The notes under the pieces were generated by a model. That model saw nothing but the letters and a program-made list of their open reading frames with translations, did not search any database and had not been told where the DNA came from. Shown one piece after another: positions 28,867 to 42,517 of a stretch of 64,000 bases of DNA. A program made the position numbers and the translations under genes. The DNA is taken from the NCBI RefSeq assembly GCF_000181795.1, contig NW_003526943.1:9532849-9596848 (forward strand), in the 5' to 3' direction. The first letter of the stretch is position 1. Each line of letters begins with the position of its first letter. The stretch comes from Trichinella spiralis. Its lineage: Eukaryota.

Positions 28867-30160
28867 ATGGTATTATTTATATTTTACTTTCATTAACTTC
28901 ATGTATATAAAGTTCTTTATTAATGTTTATTTTTTTTAGTCTGACGAAGTAAATCCGAAGGCGTTTCCATTGGCCAACGTTGAACTGTCGCAAAAAATTC
29001 TTGACCTCATTCAGCAATCGGTCAATTACAGACAAATAAAGAAAGGTGCAAATGAAGGTATTTTAAGTTTTAAAATTGGAATTTTTAATATTTTAACTTA
29101 TGATTCTTTTTGCTAATTTGGTCGGGAAGCAAAATATTTAAAATTTTCATAATAATTACTTGAAAGGCGGACATTTTAATGCTGACGATGATTTTGTTTT
29201 GTATGTTCTAAATTATTCAGTAATTCTGCTTTGATGATTTTATTTTATGGTTTTAAAGTTAAGTTTAGAAACTTGAACAGTGGTAATTTACTTTGCTTCA
29301 TAATGTTGCGTATAATGTGTCTGTTTTATATATGTGATTTTATTAATCGGTTTGGTTTTCTTCACTATTGTTAAAGATACTAAAATGTTTCTAAAAAAAC
29401 CGTTAATTGTTTTCATTTTGTTTTGCAAATGTACTAGTGCAGAAAAGTATGTTTCAGCTACTAAGACTCTTAATCGAGGTATAGCCGAGTTAATAGTTTT
29501 GGCTGCTGACGCAGAACCGATAGAAATTGTACTACACCTACCTCTACTTTGCGAAGACAAAGTACGTCTATTTAGAAAGATATTGTTGTAATTAGTAATT
29601 CATATCTTTTGTAGAACGTTCCGTATGTGTTTGTGAAATCAAAGGCAGGTAAATGCGAATTCTTTTTATCATTTTTATATCATTTATATCATTTTTATTT
29701 GAACATGGAAGATTATATAGATTCAAATATAGAATAATATATGGAAGACTGCCTTTTGTAGGTTAATATTAAAATTAGAAATTATACAACTTTCAAAATT
29801 TGTTTTAAGAGTTGAGATGTATAAAATTTTAAATTTATGAAAGAAATTATTAGCTACTGTTGCCCCACATCACTTGTTGATGGTAATAATGATATTTTCC
29901 ATATTCTTTAAAGTTTTGAAATTGTTTTAGTCGAACAGTTAATCTTTATTTACATTTTCTTTACTGTAGTTGTTTTCATGCTTTGTCATTTGCATCATTT
30001 TTCGTATTTATTCATAAAATTTTTCTATGTCTTAGCTTTGGGGCGAGCGTGCGGAGTTTCGAGACCAGTAATTGCGTGCTCTGTGACTACTAACGAGGGT
30101 TCTCAACTGAAATCGCAGATACAACGAATTAAAGAAGAAGTTGAAAAGCTATTGATATGA
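28867..30160 (+). CDS. snu13: Snu13/NHP2L1 (15.5K), L7Ae-family K-turn binding protein; exons 28867-28869, 28940-29057, 29458-29561, 29615-29648, 30036-30160
   Basis: Spliced product [127 protein letters not shown]. Confidence 0.96.
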
Positions 30161-31379
30161 TGTATATTTGATTTTTTTTCACGCAGAATGAGTGATACAT
30201 TAGTTTTACGTGATAATACATTCAATTTAATCTTATTTGTTATGAATGGATGTATGCAATAAAACAAATCTGCCGAAAGTATAAAATATGATAACATTTT
30301 GTAATGGTTTGTTTGAAGGAAATTAATCACAGTCAAATGGCGATGTCAATATGAAGATGATTTGAGTATCTTAAAATTTCTGCCATTCCATTACTTTTAC
30401 ATTAGCAAATAAATAAAATATGCATTTATAAAAGGCAGTTAAGAACAAAATCCACTCTCAGATCTAGAATAAATACGTTGATACATTTTGAATTTTGATT
30501 TTCATCTTAAACAAATAAATAAATATCATTATTAATATTCTTAATTGCAATGCCATAACTTTGAACGACTGAAGGTAATAGAATAGTAAAAAGATGGCTT
30601 AACCTACCACTTTGTTATCTATATCCTCAAATATTGTTCCCTTGTCATTTGGACAGTTGTATTTCATATTTCTCAATAATCTACTACTGGCGTTATTTCA
30701 ATGCTCAAGCAGCAATGTTTTCATTTAAAAAATTTCACAGAAAAGTTTTTAAAAACTAATATAAAATGTCGAATGCATTATTGCAAATTTGATAGAATAT
30801 TTTTTGTAAAATTTGGCAATGTATTTAACGCTTTGATTATAATTCAACGTAGGTGCTAATCAGTTTTTCATTATTAGAGACAATTAAAATTGTACTTATT
30901 TACTTTCTAGTAAACTGACGTAATTGCCGCATTTTGAGATAAACGACGAAATGTAGTTTAATAAATAGCACCTTAATTATACTTGCATTTCACCATAAAC
31001 AGCCATTAGTAATATTTTTATTTTCACTTTAGCAGTACTGAAAAATGAACAATAATTAAATGATGTCATTTATTTAAACGTAAATAAAATCCATTTTTTC
31101 ACTGATGTTATACTCCCAAGGTAGGAAAATTATTTTTATTACATAGCTTCCCTTAAAATATAAAAGAGGATGGTTTTGAAAAATATGTGGAACTAACTTT
31201 CAATGAAGAAATAAGAGTATACAAATCGACTGAATTCATATAAATGATCGGCAGAATTATGAGAAAGAAAATGATGCTGTCACGATTAATTACAACAACA
31301 AGAACAACACACATTTAACGTACACAAATATTTTATTTCAGACCACAGAACACAAAAATAGTCAAATGAACACTGAACA

Positions 31380-31660
31380 ACAGCTACAATATTTTCCCAA
31401 TTGCAATAATTATGAATAGAAAATGTTTTATAGGATGCGATATCTCCTTCTCTTCAAAGAAATAATCGTCCAAATAATTTGCTTTTCTGTGAACATGGCC
31501 TGGTAATCTGACTTTTCATTTGCTAGTTTTTTCCACCTTCTTTTCCTCGTTATCCATTTCAGGAATGTCTTTCTTTTCATTGTAGTCTCTGCGTCTGAAT
31601 CTTGATCTTCTGTAGAACCGCTGAATCACTGCTCATCGACACTTTCTGCCTCTTTCTATT
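31380..31660 (-). mobile_element. Possible 3' end remnant of an LTR retrotransposon (pol tail plus polypurine tract)
   Basis: The minus strand reads ...VEKTSK*KVRLPGHVHRKANYLDDYFFEEKEI, resembling the R..R..P.YL.DY tail of Gypsy pol. It runs into the purine tract gaagagaaggaga. Degenerate. Confidence 0.35.
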
Positions 31661-31739
31661 TCGAATGTATTTTTATTTTCCATTTTTTCAAGTTTGCATT
31701 AAATAATTTCGGCTTTATCGTACATCAGTACAACAGTAT

Positions 31740-32250
31740 ACTGATTTTATGTGCACCACTGGATGGTTTGGCCGGTTAAAAGCAAGGCATAGCATTTGCA
31801 GTGGACGACTATGTAGCGAAGCAAGGTCTTCAAAGACTAAAAACATTGGTTCAATTCAGTGTGGCATGAATTAATAGCAACAGTATAAAGCGCAGGGAAA
31901 GCTTTTCTCAATTTGATGAAATTTCTGAACTTGATATCAACTATGTAAATACAGACGCCGCTGTTGTTACTTCTGATGTACCAAAAATAAATAACGTAGT
32001 AAGTGACATCCATGGCATAAAACAAGAGGACAGTGACGACTCTGACACGGATACAGCAACAGCTGAAAGTATTCCGTTAAAAATGTGTCCGGAATTAAAT
32101 GAATGCGTTGACCATCCGGAGCGATTTATCGAAGCTACGGAAAGTGCTGACGAAGAAATTTTTAAGGCCATCACTGTCGTCAGACAATTCGTCGAAGATC
32201 ACAGACCAAAATTGAAATTAATAATGTTGAAAGATTTTTTCAGCATAAAT
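31740..32250 (+). mobile_element. pogo/Tigger (CENP-B-type) DNA transposase remnant
   Basis: 31743-31805 translates as DFMCTTGWFGRLKARHSICSG, matching the CENP-B HTH motif F..S.GWF.RFK.RH.I. Downstream is an acidic tail (EDSDDSDTD..., EEIFKAITVVRQFVE). Most of the DDE domain is missing. Confidence 0.6.
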
Positions 32251-32276
32251 TAAGTTCTTGAATAAATGGGTGTGAA

Positions 32277-32760
32277 TCAACCACTGCCAGGCGCATAACA
32301 AATCTGGAAAAATTGATGTGCACTCACGTAGATGAGAATTCTGGCCATCGACATGACAATCCTTGAAACCATTGAAATATGCATGTCACCAACGAGATGC
32401 GACAGAAAAGCAACTTTGTCCACTTTGTATAAGCCACGCAGTGTATTTGAATCAAGCAGATGAGATGACAGACAGATCAGCTCATCTGATTCGAGCATTG
32501 TAAAATATTTGAATTCACTCTTCAATAGAAAGTGATTCACACATCTATTTTTATCCACAAGCATACTGTATCTTTATAATCATCCATACAGCTAAATTTC
32601 ATCATGTGGTTTCGTTGGATGCACAGCGAATGATGTCCACTCGATTGGATGGTTGTTGCTGTTGTTGTTTGTCCATTCCGTATTTTTTTTCCAATAACCT
32701 CACCAACGTTGACATTCAACCAAACAGCGGTAGTCGGTGCCATAAGAAAATCAGTTTCAC
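32277..32760 (-). mobile_element. piggyBac-like (DDE_Tnp_1_7) transposase remnant
   Basis: ORF text SEFKYFTMLESDELICL...GDMHISMVSRIVMSMARILIYVSAH resembles the PGBD N-terminal pattern P..YF..F.SDE.I..I...TN.Y...GMHILMGIV.MP.YR.YWS. Frameshifted; recognised from memory only. Confidence 0.45.
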
Positions 32761-33266
32761 TTTTCTATCCAATCTTTGAATGAAGACTTAAGTGAATTCT
32801 TCAACGGTTGTCAATATTTCATCGATTATCACATTTCAAAAAGTGTTGAATCAAATCTGATCAATCAAACATGAATGATCATTTTCCAATGTATCGAAAA
32901 CACAATATCAGCCGATTCAATCTAATCAAGCTATCACAAAATACAGTCTTGGCTGTAGCAAACTTTATCTGCTGAACGACGATCCAACAAACATACGAAA
33001 CAATGTCTCATAACAACCAACGCGCGCATACGCTCAACAGCGACTGAACGCACTGAACACGCACGCCAAGCACAATCTGCGCTTGGTCGCTATTCAGGTT
33101 CGGTTTTATACTACGCCTACGCGCTACTCTGCTTCTTCCTGTTTTCATCAGCATTTCGCCGGCGTAGTCTCTTTTCGCTCACGTAAACCATGATTTACAA
33201 CATTTCACTTTCTATTTTCCAACACATGCCACATTTTCCCAATGTTTCTGATGCAAGAACGCCAAT

Positions 33267-34683
33267 GCTGCAATCACCACCTTTTCATCAATTTTGCACT
33301 AACCGCATTACTTTTTTGTATTTTATGTAAATATATGGACTTATTGTAAAATTTGTTACTATTTTTAATTTCATTTTCCACATCCAGCTGATTCTGTATT
33401 CAAATTTCAATGAAGGCCAATATGAATGAAGACTAAGTGGTTTATTTCTAATTATCTTTTCTTAACTGACTTTCGAGCTGGATGAATACTTCATTTTTTA
33501 CTATGCAAATAATCTTCAGTATAGCGTATATGTGTGTAACTGGTGACAAATAAAGCGGAAATTAACGGAAAAAAAACACGAAAATAGCTCACAACACTAA
33601 TAATTATTATTACGATTAAATTATTACAGAGTTCAAGCTGAAGCGCCACCTATCAACAAAGGAGAAACTCAGCTGAATTCTGATTGGCTAGAACGATATC
33701 GAACAGAGAAGGCGGAAGTGATGAAGTCTCGGTGTGTGCGCAAGATTTAGTGTGCGTATTGTTTTGATCGGTGTCGGTGTGCCGTTGTTCGTTGAGCAAC
33801 AAACGTTTCCTCTCTCCATTATGAGTCGTTCTGATGACGGTAACAAGAAAGAAGACAGTTAAATTTGATGACATCCGTGGGATCCAACAGCGAACCACTC
33901 GGTGGTTACCACCCCTGTCCATGTTGACAGAGAAGGATAGCGCCCCTTGTTAGATGGTTCGCCCGTATGCGAGCGTGGTTTTACATTAGCCCGCACGACG
34001 TTTGTTAAAAATGAATTACAGCGTTCACAGCGTCCTTAAATACCGTCTGTTAAGCCAACTACGCGTTCAGATTAACCACTAACAAAGACGCATGGAACTT
34101 TCACGTGCGACACAAAGAATTGAAAAAATCGACGAGTCATACGGTGGTCGACTTGTATCATTGTTAAAACAAACATTTCCTACAGTAGACGAAGTAGTCC
34201 AAATGCAGATGGCCAAAGACCAACTCATATGTGGCGTATTCGATAACAGAATATGAGAGTTGCTTAGTTCAAGTGGAAGAAAAGCCGTTAGCCGAGATGA
34301 CAAAATCAGCCCGGTAGGAGGAAATGGTGCTGGACAGAACGAAATTAGCGATAAGTGAAGCAGCATTTGCACTGGCTGAAGACTTATTAGCGATGGCCTA
34401 GCCAAAAGTAGGTCAACAGAAGCCGCTGCTTAAGAACGCGCAGCTTCTGCTCTAGCGGTGGAGGTAGCCGAAGTAAAAGAAGCATTACCTCAACGCTAGC
34501 TCAAGATGAATTTGAAGTTAACGTGAAAGAAGCATTACCTCAACGCTATCCCAAGCCGAAGCGGAACGAAACGAAGCATTGGCATTTCTAACCAGGTGCC
34601 CGCCTGACAGTAGCAAGATCCTACAAAGTCTGTTATCATTGAAATTCACAGCAAATGATTGTGTAAGACCGCCTGCTATTTCA
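33267..34683 (+). repeat. Left arm of a ~1.4 kb inverted repeat (partner 43563-44925)
   Basis: Reverse-complement match from gctgcaatcaccacc (33267) to ccgcctgcta (~34680). The 108-aa ORF is nearly identical at 34079-34405(-) and 43793-44119(+). The left arm carries an extra ~50 bp segment with a duplicated aaagaagcattacctcaacgcta. Confidence 0.95.
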
Positions 34684-34861
34684 GTTGAAAAGTGAAGTAA
34701 AATGATGCAAAGTGAATTGCAGGGTTCACATACCTAAGTGAGAGGATCATGGTTGAGGCCACATCTCGCAATCTCACGCCAGAAGCGAACTACAGCGTCC
34801 TCAAGGACCATCTGTTAAGCCAACTACGCGTTCAGATTAACCACTAACAAAGACGTATGGA
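33535..34861 (+). mobile_element. Gypsy-type LTR retrotransposon 5' fragment: LTR (~33535-33863), degenerate tRNA primer-binding site, gag remnant
   Basis: Starts TGTAAC. tgatgacatccgtgggat (33866-33883) resembles tRNA-Leu-type PBS sequences (TGGTG...GTGGGAT). Gag-like DQLICGVFDNRI*ELL follows. 34790-34861 repeats 34027-34096. Confidence 0.65.
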
Positions 34862-34866
34862 TGTCC

Positions 34867-35700
34867 TGATGTCCCTGAGCTACAATTTGTACCGAATCGC
34901 GGTGGCAGTATGGCCCTTGTTTTTGAAGGAAGGGCATACAAATTGAAACACACGGGCAAGCAGAAGAAATGTTGGAGGTGTTCAAAGGTATGCGTTGAAT
35001 GTACAGCATGTGTTCCTTGTTATTAACAATTACCTTATTTTGGAATAGGATAAAAAAGGCTGCAAGGGTGCAGTGTAGACAGATTTAGAAGTTACGGCCG
35101 TGATCAATCGAAAAGATTACGTTGAAGCCTGCCAGGTAGACTAGCACTTGGTATATAAAATGGAGAAGAAGGCACTTCTAAAAAAACGAAGTGCCGAAGA
35201 AATGAAGCTCATCCCCACAATATATGACGAAGAAGCCTCTGCCGCGTCCGCTGAGCCGTCTACATCAGGACAGTTTCCGGTTTTCAAGCGGGTGCGAGCC
35301 GAAATGTACAAACCTCAGGCAAAGCGCTTCCACAGACTTCCTGAACGCCGGCATGATCTGGTAATACCAGATCAGTTTAAAACAACGAAGTCTGGGGAAG
35401 AATTTTTATTTTGGCAAAGTAATTCGAGGCATATACTGGTATTGGCTACGGGTTCTAACATTAGACTGATGGCAACCCGGCGAACCTGGGCATTGGATGG
35501 TACATTCAAGGTTGTACCACAATGGTATCAACAACTGTTTACCATCCATGCCTTTTTGGCGGGAAAGCTGGTGCCAGCAGTCTATTTATGTACGAATAAA
35601 GATATTGCCACATACGGGTTTATTTTAAGCAAGTCAGGCATAACCGGAAATCCTCAGCGTCAATCTTAATCCTCAAATAATAATTTGTGATTTTGAAATC
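34867..35700 (+). pseudogene. Mutator-like (MULE) transposase pseudogene: FLYWCH zinc finger plus truncated MULE DDE domain
   Basis: PELQFVPNRGGSMALVFEGRAYKLKHTGKQKKCWRCSK, then an intron at 34988-35049, then DKKGCKGAV*...VD*HLVYKMEKK. Later WALDGTFKVVPQWYQQLFTIHAFLAGKLVPAVY is a classic MULE motif. In-frame stops, a frameshift and a 3' truncation. Confidence 0.88.
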
Positions 35701-38591
35701 TCTCTGATACCACTTTGTTAATATTGTTCACAGATGTGTTGTTTTTTATTGTTGTTGTTGGCTGTTCTTTACTGTTGTTGCAGTTATTGACTGGTAAAAA
35801 TTAAAGATCACTATTTAAATTATTTTTTATGTTGCTTTTTTTGAATTACTTCTATCGCATTTGATATAACGTCATTGTGTTACAATGAAATATAGAGCAA
35901 TGATAAAAATTCTTTATTAAAAATGCTGATCATTAAAAAGTGTAAACTTCACCACAACCAATATATTTAAAAAATGAAATTTCAATGAATGATGAAACTT
36001 CATAAATTTTGATAAAAGCAAACTCAAGGTAATTCTTGAATAATAAAAAATTTTCTCACTACTAATGTTACGTCACTACTATTAAAGTAACGTAATCGTA
36101 AATGAAAATATTTAAACCAATGGAATGAAAAAATATTGCAGCTAATCACAACTAAAGAGTTTGAATCAATGAGCAATTAGATAAGAAAAACCAATAACAC
36201 GACGAATTGTGGGTCCAATAAAATAGCGCGTTGAACGACCAGTAAGAAAAGGAGGTGAAAATTTGTCCCCAAGTAGACCAAATCATTATGCGGAAGAAAT
36301 TTTTATTTTCTCAGGCCTAAAATTACTCAGCTCTCTCAAGCATACAAGCTATTACTGCGAAGAATTGAAATGCAACAAGTTCTTTCAACACCTCTATTTT
36401 TTAGCAGTTACAAATAAAAATGTATGATACCATGTAGATAAACAGAAAAAAGATGAGAAATGAAAATGAAACGTTGCATACGTTATTTCATGAAAAATTC
36501 AGGATTTAAAACCGCTAATTTTGTTTCGCATATCTTTAGTATTATCGCTCTTCTTTTCATTTGTTGCGCTTTTCTTTGCGCGTTTGACATTTTCAGTTCA
36601 ATAATGGAGTTGGATAATAATAAAATTAAATTTGTATGAACCCAATAAAAGAGAAATTTGAAAAAATAAAAGAATAAGAGCAATTTTTCACTTGAAATAA
36701 TAATCATCTGTAATCAGTGAAATTTGAAAGTTAAGGGATTTTTTATTTAACACTTTCCAAGTTGGGATTTTTAATTGTAAAAAATTAGCACCACTTTTAA
36801 ATACTAATATGCCTTCCATTTAACAGCAAACTAATCTTTAATATCACTATGCTTTGAAATTTAAAATATTAATATGCCCAAATTATCATTGAAATGTGAT
36901 GGAGTATCACTGATCTGTCTATTTTGCAAGTTTGCAATTTATTGGTTGTCTACGCCAGCCCATATTTGAAATTTTATTAGTTTTATTTGTTAGAGGCCGT
37001 AGATTAGTCAAATGTTGTACCCGTTATAAGAAATATAAGTGAATATATTACAACTTTATAAAGATCAGAAACTGAGTAATTTTTTACTGTAACGTTTATA
37101 ATAACCCCGCCTGAGAAACGTTAATCTAAATTTTGAATTTTAAATTCCAACCATAAGTAACTGTGCAAAGTAATTTCCATATCTATGGTTATTAAGACAC
37201 TAGCTCGATATGATTTTAATACTACTTTTCTTCATTGTGATATAATGAGAAGGTTTATTGATATTTAATTTAAATAATTAAAATTTTATATAATGTTTGC
37301 AGTGCAATTAATAATTCCTGAATGAAGATTATTGTTGATATCGGTTCAGCATGCAGCATGCATTACATGATATAATATATTCCTTCAAAAATTTGTTTGA
37401 AACTGAAAATCAGAAAATATGTACAACTAATTTGCACAACTTTGCTATTGTTCAGCAAAATGTATGCATTAGCTCAAAGGAATGCAAAATCTAATTACAT
37501 GTTAATTTTAATAAGTCATTTCAAGAATGAAGTTTATTTAATAAATTATTTTATTTTCTCAAAAAATGGCAGAAGAAATAAAAAGCAGATACCACAGGAA
37601 CTCAAATGCTTTCTTAATCAACTTTAGCTATAACTGAATGAACAGTCTATCCCCTATGAATTCAAATTTTACATCCTATAATTCAGTCAAGCACTCGTTT
37701 AATAATGTTGAAAATGTATGCTTATTTCAATATTTTTATTTTACCTATATTATTTCCTTTTATTATATTTTTATTATTAATTATGCATTTTATTTGTAGA
37801 CGTTTCAATAATATCATGGAATAAAGAAGTGAACTGTACGATCGATTTGGTTTTTGAATGAAGGAAGTAATGGTGTATACTGAACAAATCTAGTTTCCAA
37901 AACAATAAAAGCAATATTCTAAATAATAAGCCTGTAGTGTGAATCAATAATCAATTGTTTGCGCTGTAATTTGCAGATGTGCTGCATTTACACATTGTAT
38001 GATCATATATATAAATTATGGCAAAACACAACTTTTTTATAATACTTTAATGATTAAAAGAAAAATTTTGAATTTTTGGTAATTTAATTTCCATAAAGTT
38101 GACTGTTATTTTAAAGTAAGCAGCTCAATTTGGATGTATAGTGAGTCTGTAAAAATTTAAAAATTTATTGTACTAATATTTCTTCTAATTTTCATCTCAG
38201 GCATCTTGGTCGGCATTAATTTTCATTTTTAATATTTGAATTTTCATAACGGAAAAAGTTATTCGAATATGGTTAAGCACGTTAAATAACAAAATGTTAC
38301 ATTACGTATAGTTTTAAATATTTGTGTATGCAAAGATAGTGCATATTCACGAACATATCATAATATTTGAAACAAATATATGCAATTAAAGTAAACTCTA
38401 CGTGATTAAATATGTTCCTTTTTTATTACTGTGGACAATAATTAATCAGTTTGCATGTTTATTTAGCTGTATTAAATACCAAAAATACAACATTGCGTAA
38501 TTTTGAAATTAACAAAGAAACAGTATTTAAAGGAATGCTGAGTTAAAAAACGCAACATTGAATCCAATACAGTTAGATAATGCATTCATCT

Positions 38592-41500
38592 ATGGCATGG
38601 TTTGCCATTTTATTTCTAGCAACTGCTGCACTGTCTGATCTGGTAAAATTTATTATTTTTTAAAATAGGAATGCTTTTTTTTAGATGCTTTTATGTTATT
38701 CATCATTTTGATTTGTTATTTACTTTCAAGTTTGTTTTGACCTAAAAATTATCTTATTTGAAAACCCTAGAATAGATTTTGAATTTATTTTAAAATTTCA
38801 AAAAATATAAGTAATGATTTTTCAGTGAAAAGCATCAATAAAAATGAATAATAATGTAGTTTGTGAATGAAATAATCATTACGTTGTAATTTTATAGTAG
38901 ATAGAATACCTAACATAATTACTCTTTTTAAAGAGTTAAAAATATCTTTCAATCAACTGAAATAAGTTTTTAATGAAAAGATTGTAAAGGGAAATTATAA
39001 AGAAATCTTTGTTATTTACCAACAATTAAAAATTTTAATAAAAAAATTATTTTTTTAAATTATTTATAATCATGTTATCTATGCATAAATACAAGAAGAA
39101 CTAACCGTTCTTAAAAACTAAGCGAGTAAAAGATATTAACTAAATGAACATTTATCAATTTATATTACGCATGAATTGCATACATTTTGCATTGCTCTCT
39201 GCAATGCATTATTGATTTTTGTTGATTTCAGGATAGAAATCCAACAGTTGTGGAATTGTTTGACAACAACGATGATGAAAATTTTACACAGCAAAAACAA
39301 AATGATGCTTATTGTGATCTGTCACAAATTAAGAACCAAAGTGTCTTGCAAAAAGCATTATTAAAAACAAAAATATCAGAAGAGCATGTTCAGGTCCCTT
39401 TAGAAAAAGCACTTGAAATTGCTAAGCAGCTACAGCTATATCTGAGCGAATCGACTAACGAAGAAGCTTATTATATAATGTCTAGACTTGTAAAAGCAGA
39501 ACAATGCAGTTCTCGAAGCAGTTCTATACATGTGCTGCAAATGGAAATCAGAAAGACGAACTGTGAATGGCGTGATGTAAGTATAGCCTCTAATGGAATG
39601 TAGTTTTCAAAAACTGAAGCTTAAAACTGTAAATTCGTAACGTATCTGTGTAACATTCAGAAATATTATTTGTTTTTCAGAGATTCATGCAAACAGCAGT
39701 AGTTATGCTGATTTAATTCCTTAAACAAAAAAATTATAATATAAATAAATTATAACTGGCTGCATCAGTATTTTTTCGGTTTGTTTAATACACATTGATA
39801 AAAGAATTAAAAGAATATAATTATTAATACGATCTGTTTCAAGTAAAATGCAGTAGTGCAAATAGTTTTAAAAATATTTTTCATTTTACAACAAAAAACA
39901 ATAGATAACACTATTTTTGAATTTATTTATTTCAGTTCTTTTTTTATTCATTTTATTTATTATTTGCACAGGTAAGAGACTGGGGTTCAGATACTGCATG
40001 CAAAGTCCTCGATAAGGAGAAATTTTATACGTGCATATGGACGGGCGAAGTAGATGGTCGCAGAGTAACAAAACAATATGGCGTCATGTGTGGTGAATAT
40101 TCTTCAGTAAGTTCTGTCTTTAATGCATATGAAATAATTTGTTTCAGGCAAATTCTTATCAGTTTTTGTTCAATACAAAAAATTTCAAATAAGGAAACCA
40201 TTATCAGCATAATATGAATATTTTATTTTGAGCCATGTTTCTAAAATCAGGCTTTTTCCAACTGAATAATAATTAATTCATATACTATTTTTATTTAGAA
40301 TTTATTCGGTACCACAGACTACCTTTGCGATAGGTTAAAGTACAGTACTACGGATGTAAGACTTTTTATTAATAATAATGAAATGAAGTTATTTAACGGC
40401 ATCGTTTCAAGATGCGACGTGTTATGCTTGCTACTGTCAAACCAGATAAATCGTCACTAAAGATATATAAGCCTCCAGAGTTTTCAGCTACAATTTCTGA
40501 ATTTGGTACTCATTTCGATGATTTTACTCCCAGTGAGAAGTATGTTTCCTGCGTATTTAAAGTTCACTATCTGTTGTTCATATAGTAAAAATGTTCAGAA
40601 CTGTTGAAGCATATTTTAATGACAAAGATGGTACAATTGATCGTCGTAGTATGGCATTTAAACAATACGAATTGAAAGACGGTCGTCCAGTTAATCCTGC
40701 TGGTTTCACTGGAATTCAAGGTCGAGGTTTACTCCCTCGATGGGGACCAAATATTTTCTGCATTTTTCTTGTAACGAGGTAAAATTTCAAATTTCACAAA
40801 TCATTCTTTACGGATAAAATAGAATAGCAATAAAATTGTAATATATTACTTGCTCATCATTTTAATTAGATGAGATGTGTATTTTAGTTCATATTTCTGA
40901 TCAGCTGATGTGTCTCTAAGAAATTTTTTGGCTTAAATGTATTTTAAATTTTCAAAGGTTTTGATTTAAAAAGTTATGCAAAATAATTTTTCAGTAATTT
41001 AGATTTCTTTCTTGTATAAAACGTTATGATATTTTATTAACTGTAATTTCAGAGGAACTGGTGAGGACCTCGAAGTTTTAACGGTTGCAAGTGATGGAAA
41101 TTCGTTGGAACTTCCTAAAGTGCTGTCTTTTCTTCAAATAAAATATTTGGAATTAACTTTTCACAAGTAGTGTATAAAGTTTAAATTAAAAATTTCTGTT
41201 TTTAGATGTATGTTGATAACCAAGAAACATCAACATTAGGAATGAAGTTATTAGAAGAAATGTATAACAGCAGAGCTCAAGATAAAATTACTAGAGAAGA
41301 TTTGATGGGGATTGTTAAGAAAGCAATGAAAAAAAGTTTAATGGTATTATGCTAACTGCTAAAATATTTAAATGCATCTGAAATAATATTTTAGGTGAAA
41401 CTGGGCTTTACCCCAGATGCGTTGAACACAGACAATGCATGGATGGAAACGTTAATGGTACAAATTAAGGATAAGAAAAAAAAGCACATTGGCAAAGTAG

Positions 41501-41829
41501 ATCTGAAGTCATCGACATCGAAAGGAGTGGAATGGAAAAAGATAGATAATGAAACAAAACAAAGTTTAATAAGTACCTTGAAAAGCATTGTTGGAGATGA
41601 AAATCTGAATGAAACTTCATTGAAAATCAAAGATTCAAAGAAAGATTTGAAAACACTTCTTAAAGCTATAAAATATGGTAGTTATTATGGTACAGCTATA
41701 AGTGGATTAGTTTTAGTTGGTGCGTGGATTACGGTCGTTTGCACTGGTGCTGTTGTTCCTGCTACTGCTGCACTCATGGTTTTCCTATCTTTTGCTGCAC
41801 TTGCACTGTATATGCTACTTCATTCATAG
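38592..41829 (+). CDS. Signal peptide + cystatin-like domain + NUDT9/ADP-ribose pyrophosphatase-like Nudix domain + C-terminal hydrophobic segments
   Basis: Exon 1 is MAWFAILFLATAALSDL. Cystatin-fold pattern ESTNEEAYYIMSRLVKAEQCSS...HVLQMEIRKTNC..C..C. NUDT9 hallmarks GRPVNPAGFTGIQGRGLLPRWGPN and NTDNAWMET. C-terminal AISGLVLVGAWITVVCTGAVVPATAALMVFLSFAALALYMLLHS. About nine exons splice in frame. Confidence 0.85.
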
Positions 41830-41966
41830 ACATATATGAAAATCAGTAATTGATGAATACTAAATTTTGAAAAATAATTTTGGCCCTCGTTACTGTATTA
41901 CATACTGGTAATAAATAAATCAGTAATGGCAGCTATTTGTCAATATTTTTTTCTTTCATCATAAAC

Positions 41967-42517
41967 CAGTGGTTCTCAAGCCATGTCAACGCACCCCCAC
42001 TCATTAATAAAATTTGTGCAGTTAATGCCCCCTCCCACAAGAAAATGTAGTGCGGTATATATTCTGTGTACGCAAAGCAACATGCTGCTTCAGTTCTACA
42101 TGAATGCCACAGTTCAGCACTGTTTTAGTGCAGAAGTTAATGATAAATTGTGCACAGCTGAAGCTGTTCAGTTAAAACTAAGATGACTAGTAAGAAAATA
42201 GCCTAAAGTAGAGCAAACTGTGAGAAACAGTTCACTGGGGAACAAAAAGTCCCGGCATCAAAGCAAAGATGATTACTATGATATGCAGGTGAGCAACTTG
42301 TCAATGCTTTATAAATAGCACGATGATATCTATTGGTTAAGAATTTCAAGAACCGCATAAATTAAGTGCATTGGCTAAGAAAGCACTTCACTTTGAAACA
42401 GAAATGAAGTTTCGAATTTCGAACACCATTGCAAGACTAAAAATTCTTACTTTTAATGTTCCCTGAAACCTTCATATGCCCCCTTAAAGGGTGAGCTTCC
42501 CAGGTTGAAAAACACTG
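41967..42517. mobile_element. Non-autonomous hAT (Charlie/Buster-like) element, 551 bp
   Basis: TIRs cagtggttctcaa / ttgaaaaacactg. 8-bp target-site duplication tcataaac / ccataaac (7 of 8 match). Confidence 0.85.

Noticed and set aside
29182..29237. CTGA...TGATGA in snu13 intron 2 as a backward K-turn for autoregulation
   Set aside because: The canonical stem adjacent to the boxes does not pair; likely chance in AT-rich sequence.
34079..34405. Duplicated 108-aa ORF (MARPSLISLQ...), also at 43793-44119
   Set aside because: It is antisense to the gag remnant, has no ATG start, and is duplicated only because it lies in the inverted repeat.
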